A stretch of DNA of 64,000 nt from Candidatus Sulfotelmatobacter sp. (GTDB lineage Bacteria > Acidobacteriota > Terriglobia > Terriglobales > Acidobacteriaceae). The stretch covers positions 12,731 through 76,730 of the forward strand of contig JBEKWW010000030.1 of assembly GCA_049512655.1 (NCBI GenBank), given 5' to 3'. This document shows positions 8,783 through 16,677 of the stretch, one piece after another. Every line of letters begins with the position of its first letter. The stretch's first letter is position 1. The position numbers and the translations under genes are program-made. The notes under the pieces were generated by a model. The model worked only from the letters and a program-made list of their open reading frames with translations, ran no database searches and had not been told where the DNA came from.

Positions 8783-9118
8783 CTAGTCTCCGAGTTCGGC
8801 CCCGACTTTTTCCATGTCATGCAGATAAGCGTCGAAGAAGCGCAGCATCACGGGAGTTTGGCTGCTTGCGCCATCGAACAATAGGACGGGAACATGGGGC
8901 CGCATCCTCTTCATTTCCGCACGTAGGCTCGTCCCGGGCGCATCCGCCAGGTTATATTCCAGCAATATCCCGTCGAATGGTTGCTTCGAGAGCAGCTCGA
9001 TTGCCTGCCCCTTGCTGCGTGCCGGGATTACGTCATATCCGATGCCTTCGAGCATGGCTGTCAGAATCGCCATGTAGTCAGAACGATCCTCGACACACAA
9101 AATAGTCAATCCGCTCAT
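8783..9118 (-). CDS. Stand-alone response-regulator receiver domain protein (atypical active site)
   Basis: Start at ATG 9118 with GGAGGG 5 nt upstream. MSGLTILCVEDRSD...FDGILLEYNLADAPG...PVLLFDG fits the CheY-like fold. See the finding on its degenerate residues. Confidence 0.8.
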   Translation of the reverse strand: MSGLTILCVEDRSDYMAILTAMLEGIGYDVIPARSKGQAIELLSKQPFDGILLEYNLADAPGTSLRAEMKRMRPHVPVLLFDGASSQTPVMLRFFDAYLHDMEKVGAELGD

Positions 9119-9203
9119 TTTTGCCCTCCAGGGTTCGTCACACGTGGACTGCTTCGTGGGCGAGAGCACACAAGGCCCCGCGCTCCTTTTGGGGGGAGTA
9201 GGC

Positions 9204-9563
9204 TTAGCGTGTCGGAGGAGGGCGATTGAAGTGAAAACCACAAGAGAAAAGGCGGGGGACACGAGGCGCCGGCGGGAGTAGCTCGGCCACTCGTTCCAGT
9301 CGAGGGAAGAGATTGAATACCGCAGCGGGTGCCGTCCAGGCTACGGTATTGAGATTGAAGCGCGGTCGCTGCTCGTGTTGAGAACCTGCGCTGAAAGAGT
9401 GGGAATCTATTGCTTGCAGAAGGGGCGGGACCGATCGCGCCGCAAACAGGGCCACGAGCAGGAGGGACGCAAGAGCGGCTCGTACTCCAGACGCTTTAAC
9501 CGGTGCGCTATTGACGAGAGGCCTCAAGCTGCAACCTTCAGACCGCCAAACTATGATGACCAC
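9204..9563 (-). CDS. Hypothetical protein (uncertain)
   Basis: 119-codon ORF with a GTG start and an internal signal-like stretch (ALASLLLVALFAARSVPPLLQA). No clear RBS and no family recognised. Confidence 0.3.
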   Translation of the reverse strand: MVIIVWRSEGCSLRPLVNSAPVKASGVRAALASLLLVALFAARSVPPLLQAIDSHSFSAGSQHEQRPRFNLNTVAWTAPAAVFNLFPRLERVAELLPPAPRVPRLFSCGFHFNRPPPTR

Positions 9564-9650
9564 GAGGGCCGTTTGGTTTCCAAGTGTGCCGCGTAAAGAT
9601 CTGCCCCTAAACGAACCGGGACTTGACGGGACACGATGGATCCACTGCGC

Positions 9651-10604
9651 TCAGCGTGTACCGGCCAGAACGTAAACCTTGTGCGCCGCCACCAATTCGG
9701 CGTTCGGCACCTCGGTCGTGAGCTTTACCGGCTGTAAGCCGTTTTTCTTTTGGGGCTGGGGAACGAAAGCCAGCAAGTATTGGTGGCTGAGCGCACGCTC
9801 CATATCGCTCAAATAAGGACTAAAGCTGACGGGTGGTCCCTGGAATCCGATGTAATATCCTTCTCCGCCGGTTTCATCGGCCAGCTTTGCAAGATAGAGC
9901 TGACCCCAGTAAGACTGCCAGTAATCATGACTGAAATGTCCGACACCGGGCGTGTAGATGGCATACACGACGACGCCAGCCCGCTGCGCATCCGCGATCG
10001 CAGCATCCAGATACGGATCCTGTAAATTCTCCTCGCCGTAGTAACGATCAATTCCGCTGGAAACCATAAGAACTTCCCGGCGGGCGGTGGACGACGGCCA
10101 ACGTTTGACGAGATCGGTTAGAGAGAAATAGGGGCTACCATTGATTCCCGCAACTCCCTGGGGAAGCCTGAGAGATTTCGCAGCCAAGTCGTGATCGGCG
10201 GTCAGATCCTGCTGCATTCTGGCGATGCCATTCTGCATGTAGGCGACGGCAATTTTGGTGGAAGCGGGCTGCGACTCCATGAACTTCCGCAATTCTTCCA
10301 GTTCCGTGCCCACGCTGAAATTCGACGAATCATCCATCAGGATGACCAACTCGAGCGCTGCGTTATCGCCTTGCGCCGGCACCCAGTTCGTAACCTGGTC
10401 GCGATTGCGCCGTTCGAACACCATCACATCCTGGCGGCCGACCTCTGGCACGTCGGAACCGTGTCGACCTTCAACCGTGACCACCATCTGTGCGGGAGCG
10501 CTCTGAGCGTCCGCCGTTGGCACAAAGCCTTGGGTCAAGAATGCCGACAGACCTAAGCCGAAGATGAAAAATAGACAGAGGAACCGATTCCTGGACTGAT
10601 TCAT
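9651..10604 (-). CDS. Secreted von Willebrand factor type A (VWA) domain protein
   Basis: AAGGAG RBS. Signal peptide MNQSRNRFLCLFFIFGLGLSAFLTQGFVPTADA. MIDAS-like LVILMDDSSN followed by a Rossmann-like alternation. Confidence 0.75.
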   Translation of the reverse strand: MNQSRNRFLCLFFIFGLGLSAFLTQGFVPTADAQSAPAQMVVTVEGRHGSDVPEVGRQDVMVFERRNRDQVTNWVPAQGDNAALELVILMDDSSNFSVGTELEELRKFMESQPASTKIAVAYMQNGIARMQQDLTADHDLAAKSLRLPQGVAGINGSPYFSLTDLVKRWPSSTARREVLMVSSGIDRYYGEENLQDPYLDAAIADAQRAGVVVYAIYTPGVGHFSHDYWQSYWGQLYLAKLADETGGEGYYIGFQGPPVSFSPYLSDMERALSHQYLLAFVPQPQKKNGLQPVKLTTEVPNAELVAAHKVYVLAGTR

Positions 10605-10776
10605 GTAATCTCCTTAGCGGTCGGCTATTACATCAGGCCGGGCCTGAAATATTCAAATTACCTCTAATAAACTAGATGCGCGGGAAAGGTTTGGAGGTTC
10701 CCGCTCAGTAATTATCGGAGAAGAAAAGCGGAGCGCGATTCGCGCCCCGCTTCTGGTTAGTTGACTTTCAACCGCT

Positions 10777-11880
10777 TTACCGTCCCCCCGCGTGACCTCC
10801 GCCACCACCGTGGAATCCACCACCTTCGCCGCCGTGGAACCCACCGCCAACTGCGCCGCGGGAAGCCATTACTGCGCCGGAGTGGAAAGCTCCTCGGTCA
10901 GCGCCCGCGCCGGTGTAAACCCCGTGAGCGAAGTGGCTGCTGGTCGCATAATGCGGGCCAGTTCCCCAGGCACGGACATTGGCTGCGTTAAACGTATGGT
11001 AGAAGTTGCCTGGGTAAAACGGAGCCCGGAACGCCAGACCCGGTGAATAAAATCCCCATCCAAACGGGCTGTAGAATATTCCCCCCACCGGCATGAACGT
11101 ATAGGCCGAGAACCAGGGATCCCAATACCAGCCGCCCCAGCCCCAACCCGGTCCCCAGAAACCAGCGCCCCAATAAGGACCCCAGCCGCCAACGTAGTTA
11201 GCTTCCACGAGGCGGGCTGCGTTCACATTGGCTTCCGCTTCATAATCCGATCGCAGGCTGCTCCAGCGGTAGAGATCGTCCCCGTTCTCTGCATTCTTAT
11301 CGAACTTTTGCGTCTTATCCGGAGCGCCCGCGGCTACCGCCAGTTGGTGATCGCCTTTCAGCTTGGTCTCCCACCCGCCGACGTTAACGTTAGCTTCGCC
11401 ATCGAAAACGCGCATTTGAGTCTGCTGCAAATTGAAGTCATACAGGCCGGGCTTCAGAATTCTCGCAGTGGCGTTGCCTTCGTCAATGCGCAAGTCATTC
11501 TGCGGATAGATCTGGTCCACTTCAACGATCGCATGGCCCTGAACCAACCGCACTTCCGTGTTTTCAAGTCCCGCCGCAACCATCGTCACCGAAGAGTTGT
11601 CACCCACCCGCAGAAACACGCCCGGAGTCAGCAAAACTTCGACCTTCCCCGATCCGGTGTTGAGCGATTGCCCAGCTTCAAGAGCTGTTTTTCCCATTGA
11701 GTTTTTGTCGAGCGTCTGATCAGCCACGGAAGCCTGACCTTCGACATAATTCACCGTGCCCGGCACCGCTGCATTCGAGCTCGCATTATTACTTGGGACA
11801 TCATTGTTGGCCCATGCGGGCGCCGATAAAAGCGCTGCCAGGACCAAAGTTCCTAATCCATGAATATTTGACAGCTTCAT
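10777..11880 (-). CDS. Secreted FecR-domain protein with an aromatic/Gly-rich region and a Gly/His-rich C-terminal tail
   Basis: AGGAGG RBS and signal peptide. FecR-like beta region (LLTPGVFLRVGDNSSVTMV...VRLVQGHAIVEVD). Then GGWGPYWGAGFWGPGWGWGGWYWDPWF. It ends GGGFHGGEGGGFHGGGGGHAGGR. Confidence 0.7.
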   Translation of the reverse strand: MKLSNIHGLGTLVLAALLSAPAWANNDVPSNNASSNAAVPGTVNYVEGQASVADQTLDKNSMGKTALEAGQSLNTGSGKVEVLLTPGVFLRVGDNSSVTMVAAGLENTEVRLVQGHAIVEVDQIYPQNDLRIDEGNATARILKPGLYDFNLQQTQMRVFDGEANVNVGGWETKLKGDHQLAVAAGAPDKTQKFDKNAENGDDLYRWSSLRSDYEAEANVNAARLVEANYVGGWGPYWGAGFWGPGWGWGGWYWDPWFSAYTFMPVGGIFYSPFGWGFYSPGLAFRAPFYPGNFYHTFNAANVRAWGTGPHYATSSHFAHGVYTGAGADRGAFHSGAVMASRGAVGGGFHGGEGGGFHGGGGGHAGGR

Positions 11881-12206
11881 AAATCTTCCTCCTTACCAAT
11901 CCAACTTTCCCAAGCTCTTCACCGCTTTCAATTAGTCGATTAGATGATCCAATGAATGCGCAAGATGCTTGCAAGCTACTGAATAGGAGAGGGTTAGCTG
12001 GTTGAAATTCACCAGTTGGTTGAAATCAGCCGGTCGGCGTTGACACATCTTTACCCCCGAGAAGAATCGCCAGTTGCCGACTAGAAATCGGAAATTGGAA
12101 CGATGGCTCGGGAATGAGCAGGATCCATCCGTCCACTTCTCGCATAGGAGGCGAGAAATCGGCACCCGGCGGGAGTGGGCTGAGTGAAACTCCCGCGACG
12201 TCAAAC

Positions 12207-13562
12207 CTACACCGGCACGCCCTCTGTACCATGCGGCAGCACTGGTCCGGATTCAGCCTGGCTGAGTTTCCACGTCTCGTCGGGATTGGTGGAGAGCAGA
12301 GGCCATCCCTTTGAAAGCACGAAGCGCAACCACGCTCCTGCCATCTGCGAAGTGACTACGGCGGTGATGACGAGTGTCGTATAGAAGGGTGCGTTGATGA
12401 TGCCTGCATCATAGGCCACGCTTGCCAGGACGATGCCCGGGCCTCCGCGTGCATTTGTAGTGATCGCAATGTTGAAGACATCAAGCCCGCGAAATCCGCC
12501 GAGCCATGCCGCTAGTCCTGCTGAAAAAATCGAAATCAGCGACGAGCCAACCAGAAACACCAGCAGAATCGCGAACGAGAACTGCCGTCCGAACACGAGC
12601 TTGTAACCAATAATTCCGAAGTAGATGGGCACGAAAACACCAAACGAAACTTTGGAGATGGCGTCAATCGGTGCGGAGAAGCGCTCGCGCTGGGTTCCGT
12701 AAAGCCCTCCAACGATGCCGTAACCAGCCAGCAATGCGGCGAACTGCAGGTTTACCTGGAAGATCGCAGCGATCGCGCAGTAGGTCATCAGCACGGCCAT
12801 TGCGTAACCCACGGGAGAAGCTTTATAGAGCACATTCGAATTTGCATTGCTGAGCCGCTTCAGCAGCCCCGGCGCAATGAACAGTCCGGTTAACGTATAG
12901 ATCAGAGTACCGATCACGTGTGACGTGACAGTGCTGGCGACGTGCTGCTGTGCCAGCGTCGCCGACGTAGCGATGGCGGTAGCAAACGCCAGCACGACCC
13001 AAAGAGCGAGGTCTTCCAGTAGCGCGTAACCCAGGATCAGGCTTACAAAACGCGTCCTCATGATCCCAAGGTCCCAGAAGATGCGCGAAATTACAGGAAT
13101 AGAGCAAACTGCTGTAGCAATCGCCACGATGAGTAGGGTCGAAGTCGACTGACCGGACGTGCCGGTCAGCAAGTGCAGCGGGATCAGGCCCGCGAAACCC
13201 AGCCCTAGCACCAAAGCAAAACTGGCAAGATCGGAAACCGTGAGCAACAGGAAGGTATTGCGCCGGTTCTCCTTGGCCAACAGACGGCGGGTCTCGGCCC
13301 CGGAGCAGAACATGAGCAGGATCAATCCAAGCTGGTAAAGGAAGCCTAGGACCGTACTGGCGCTGGGCGAGAACGAAAAGAGCTTGGCGAATGCGGAGGG
13401 TGCCAAAAGATTCAGTACAAATGGTCCGAGTAGAATGCCGGCCAGGATTTCTCCTACGATGCGTGGCTGCTTGAGCCGTTCGGCAAGATAGCCCAAACCG
13501 TGCACCGCAACTAGCAGTATGGCAATGGTGAGCACAAAGTGACCGAACTCGACGGCTGACAT
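12207..13562 (-). CDS. Cation:proton antiporter (CPA2 / Na+/H+ exchanger family)
   Basis: Polytopic membrane protein. The N-terminus ...LGYLAERLKQPRIVGEILAGILLGP is typical of Kef/NapA-type antiporters. Start set at ATG 13562, 5 nt after GGAGG. Confidence 0.85.
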   Translation of the reverse strand: MSAVEFGHFVLTIAILLVAVHGLGYLAERLKQPRIVGEILAGILLGPFVLNLLAPSAFAKLFSFSPSASTVLGFLYQLGLILLMFCSGAETRRLLAKENRRNTFLLLTVSDLASFALVLGLGFAGLIPLHLLTGTSGQSTSTLLIVAIATAVCSIPVISRIFWDLGIMRTRFVSLILGYALLEDLALWVVLAFATAIATSATLAQQHVASTVTSHVIGTLIYTLTGLFIAPGLLKRLSNANSNVLYKASPVGYAMAVLMTYCAIAAIFQVNLQFAALLAGYGIVGGLYGTQRERFSAPIDAISKVSFGVFVPIYFGIIGYKLVFGRQFSFAILLVFLVGSSLISIFSAGLAAWLGGFRGLDVFNIAITTNARGGPGIVLASVAYDAGIINAPFYTTLVITAVVTSQMAGAWLRFVLSKGWPLLSTNPDETWKLSQAESGPVLPHGTEGVPV

Positions 13563-13873
13563 TTCTACCTCCAACAAGGGGAAAAATGAGATGAGTGGGA
13601 GGGGGGTTCCGTTGCTCGGGAGAGCTACCTAGCCCAGTACTTTATCAAACGTAATATTTATTGTCTACCACATTGGTAGTGATTACAGGCCAGTAAAATC
13701 CGGGAGCATACCCTTCAAGAACAAACTGATGTGAGAGTCCGAGAAGGGCTCCAGAAACGGCGTTCAAAACTTCTCTACTCTGCTGCGTTGACAATTCCCT
13801 GCTCTCACAGGCAAACTACCGCATCAGCTGCGTGCGGACTGCAGCGACGCCCTACGGGGAATTCTGAAGACAG

Positions 13874-14341
13874 GTGCAGGTTCAAGTCGTAACTATCACC
13901 ATGGAGCAACAGGTCTCCTATACGCTCGATTCCACGCTGGATACGGTGGACCACGCGGAAGAAAGCGCGACTCGCATTGCCACCGAGTTGGGCTTCGCGG
14001 AAGATGAAGTCATGCAGATTTCCATGGCGGTGCGCGAGGGAGCCGTCAACGCAGTTTTGCACGGCAATAAATATGCGCCCGACAAGAAAGTTACTTTGGC
14101 TTTTGAACGAACCCCGGAAGACCTGGTCATCACCATTCGTGATCAGGGTCCGGGGATAGATTTGAGCGGGATCCCGAATCCGTTGGCTCCGGAGAATCTG
14201 CTCAAGACGTCCGGCCGCGGTATTTTTTTAATGCGTTCTTTTATGGATGCGGTGGAAATCCGCCCGTCCCAGACCGGTACAGAAGTGAAATTGATCAAGC
14301 ACGTTCGCGGGTCATCCGCGGGCAACAAGGAGCGTTCCTAG
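13874..14341 (+). CDS. Anti-sigma factor serine kinase (RsbW/SpoIIAB-like HATPase)
   Basis: N-box [12 protein letters not shown]1 box RDQGPGID and G2 box SGRGIFLM. The start is uncertain (GTG 13874 or ATG 13901). Confidence 0.8.
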   Translation: MQVQVVTITMEQQVSYTLDSTLDTVDHAEESATRIATELGFAEDEVMQISMAVREGAVNAVLHGNKYAPDKKVTLAFERTPEDLVITIRDQGPGIDLSGIPNPLAPENLLKTSGRGIFLMRSFMDAVEIRPSQTGTEVKLIKHVRGSSAGNKERS

Positions 14342-14685
14342 TGAGCATGAAACTTAGCATTCGGCAGGTGGATGGAGTCACCATTGTGGACTGCAGTGGC
14401 CGTATCACTCTGGGCGAAGGTAGCGTGACGTTGCGCGACACCGTCCGCGACCTGCTCGCCAAGGGCAATAAGAAGATTATCCTGAACCTCGGCGACGTCA
14501 ATTACATTGACAGCTCCGGCATCGGCGAGCTGGTCAGCGCCTTCACCACCACCAAGAATCAGGGCGGCGAGTTGAAGCTGCTGCACCTGACCAAGAAGGT
14601 GCACGATCTCTTGCAGATCACCAAACTCTATACGGTGTTTGACGTGAAGGATGACGAGGCCGCCGCAGTGAAGGGATTCAAGTAG
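14341..14685 (+). CDS. STAS-domain anti-sigma factor antagonist (RsbV/SpoIIAA-like)
   Basis: 114 aa. Conserved phosphorylatable Ser context [15 protein letters not shown] 14341 shares its G with the upstream TAG, and AAGGAG lies 8 nt upstream. Confidence 0.9.
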   Translation: MSMKLSIRQVDGVTIVDCSGRITLGEGSVTLRDTVRDLLAKGNKKIILNLGDVNYIDSSGIGELVSAFTTTKNQGGELKLLHLTKKVHDLLQITKLYTVFDVKDDEAAAVKGFK

Positions 14686-14762
14686 CCACTCTTGCTCCAT
14701 CGGCGACTGATTGAGAAAACCTGATAACAAAACATCGATTAGCAGAGCATGGATTAACAAAA

Positions 14763-14786
14763 CATGGGGGCCGTTCGGTCCCCATG
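14763..14786 (+). terminator. Possible hairpin terminator after the STAS gene
   Basis: CATGGGGGCC-gttc-GGTCCCCATG (10 bp stem including one G-U pair). No immediate U-run, only a T-rich stretch about 15 nt later. Confidence 0.3.
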
Positions 14787-14880
14787 CGTCTTATCGCGCT
14801 GCTTTTTCTTCCATTCCGGGAACCGCTTTCTAGATAATTCTCCGCGCGTCGCTTCCCTTCCGGTCTTCCGGCCATAGACT

Positions 14881-15405
14881 TTGGAGATGCAGCGCGCATC
14901 TCTCCTTACTTTGCTTGCAGTTGTCCTTTTTGCCTCCGCGCACGTTCTCGCTGCTTCCGATTGCATTCCGATTGGCGAAGCCAGCGAGCACGTCGGGGAG
15001 AACAAGTGTATTGTCGGCAAGGTATTGCGGGTGAAGGTCGGAACCAAAGGTGTTCATTACCTAGGATTCTGCGCAGAGCATGCCGCGTGCCCGTTCTCAG
15101 TGGTGGTATTTCCTCATGACCTCAAAGATGTGGGCGATGTTCGCCGGCTCGAAGGGCGGGTCATCGAGATTCATGGACCGGTAAAACTTTATGACGGTCG
15201 CGCCGAGATCATCCTGACTCGCGTAAATCAAATTACGGGCGGATCAACGTTGATCCCACCCATGCCAAAGAATTACGACGTGGAAAAACAAGGCCACTAC
15301 AGCGCGGGACGCATGCGGCCGCCGAAAAAGCTGAAGACCGCCAAAATACCTGTGTCGCCGTCCACGATTTATGGGGATGATGTCGAGGGAAACGAGCTTC
15401 CGTAG
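14881..15405 (+). CDS. Hypothetical secreted protein
   Basis: Signal peptide ASLLTLLAVVLFASAHVLAA, then a Cys-containing beta-rich domain. No family recognised. The start is either TTG 14881 or ATG 14887. Confidence 0.55.
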   Translation: MEMQRASLLTLLAVVLFASAHVLAASDCIPIGEASEHVGENKCIVGKVLRVKVGTKGVHYLGFCAEHAACPFSVVVFPHDLKDVGDVRRLEGRVIEIHGPVKLYDGRAEIILTRVNQITGGSTLIPPMPKNYDVEKQGHYSAGRMRPPKKLKTAKIPVSPSTIYGDDVEGNELP

Positions 15406-15441
15406 GGTGGACTCATTTCTACTTGAGCGCACTGTGAAGCC

Positions 15442-16677
15442 CTACACCATTCCCTTCCTCAACTCCTCCAGCGGATACCGCGTCCCTCGCCAAATGATCC
15501 CATCGTTCCATAGCGCATGGGCCATCGATAGCAACAACGTGTAGATAAAAAGTGTGGCGCTGACCGGGTGCAGCAGAAAGTAATACATCGGTACGCCCGA
15601 ACGCCGCGACATGCCGATATAAATCGCGAACATAGATCCCAGCGCGATCGCGTAGGGCAGCCGAGCCCATCCATGCGCCAGCCAAATTCCAAAGAACGGC
15701 ATGAGGTTGAGAAACGCGAGCCCAAAGGCGGAGAGAATCGTCCGCGGCCACTGGAATGACAACACCGCGAAAAAGTTCTTGGTGAGATTGTTCACCACTC
15801 CCATGGCGCCGTTGGCCCAGCGGATGGAAATCAGATCTCCGCCAAAAACATTGCGCTGCGCGAAGCCGGCGTTCTTTACGACTTTTCCCAGCTTCATATC
15901 GTCGACCACTTCCATGCGCAAGGTTTTGTAGGTTCCGATGGAATCATAGGCGGTGCGGCGAATCAAATTAAATGCACCCACGCCCATATGATCTTTTGTC
16001 TTGGGGTCAGCTACCTTCCATGGGCGGTGGCCGAAGGTAAACATGGTCTGGAAAAAAGCGATCATCATGTACTCGCCGGGGCGCTTCATGATCATCTGGG
16101 GGAATACCACGACGTGATCGGCATGCTCGGCTTCGGCGTAGACGATTGCGCGGCGCAAAGAATCGGGCTTGAAGAGAACGTCGGCATCGGTAAACAGAAT
16201 CCAATCGCCGGTTGCCTGGTTCGTTGCCGTCCACATGGCATGCGTTTTCCCCAACCAACCTGCGGGAAGTTCTTCATGATGAAGCACCCGCAGCGTAGGA
16301 GAAGAATGTGGGTGCCCCACGTCTTTCGGCCTTTGCGAGAAAGTTTGCCCAGAGCTTGCCGAAGGGTGGGTTTCGGCCACATGTTCCATAATCTTGCCGG
16401 TTCGATCCGTGGATCGATCGTTCACCGCGATTACTTCGTAGTTGTCGTAATCGAGCTCCAGCAAGTGGATGAGAGATTGTTCGATGTCGGCTTCTTCATT
16501 TCGGGCGGGGACAACGATCGACACGCGCGGACTGGATGAGCCGCCTGCTTCCCGAGTGCGACCCCACTCCGGGCGCGAAATATCTCCGACGCTCGGCATG
16601 CCGAGGGCGGCATCCACGATGCGGGAAAACCACGCCAGCGCCAGAATCGTACCCGCAATCCAGTAAAAATAAGTCAT
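15442..16677 (-). CDS. Membrane-integrated family 2 glycosyltransferase, ceramide glucosyltransferase/HpnI-like
   Basis: True start is ATG 16677 (MTYFYWIAG...), overlapping the upstream stop as ATGA. Motifs: VVPARNEE, AVNDRSTD, the DxD in LFTDADV, VDDMKLGKVVKNAGF and ISIRW (Q/RxxRW-like). TM helices flank both ends. Confidence 0.85.
   Translation of the reverse strand: MTYFYWIAGTILALAWFSRIVDAALGMPSVGDISRPEWGRTREAGGSSSPRVSIVVPARNEEADIEQSLIHLLELDYDNYEVIAVNDRSTDRTGKIMEHVAETHPSASSGQTFSQRPKDVGHPHSSPTLRVLHHEELPAGWLGKTHAMWTATNQATGDWILFTDADVLFKPDSLRRAIVYAEAEHADHVVVFPQMIMKRPGEYMMIAFFQTMFTFGHRPWKVADPKTKDHMGVGAFNLIRRTAYDSIGTYKTLRMEVVDDMKLGKVVKNAGFAQRNVFGGDLISIRWANGAMGVVNNLTKNFFAVLSFQWPRTILSAFGLAFLNLMPFFGIWLAHGWARLPYAIALGSMFAIYIGMSRRSGVPMYYFLLHPVSATLFIYTLLLSMAHALWNDGIIWRGTRYPLEELRKGMV

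Noticed and set aside
10780-10860. Short G/C-rich DNA repeats (also the poly-Gly codons at 50586-50625 and the CAG/CTG-rich stretch at 7240-7400) as possible CRISPR or satellite
   Set aside because: All lie inside ORFs and encode low-complexity Gly/His, Gly or Gln tracts. There is no repeat-spacer periodicity.
13663-13677. Inverted repeat CTACCA-cat-TGGTAG between the antiporter and the anti-sigma kinase genes
   Set aside because: It is a single short 6-3-6 repeat in an AT-rich spacer. It is plausible as an operator but there is no supporting second site or promoter overlap.
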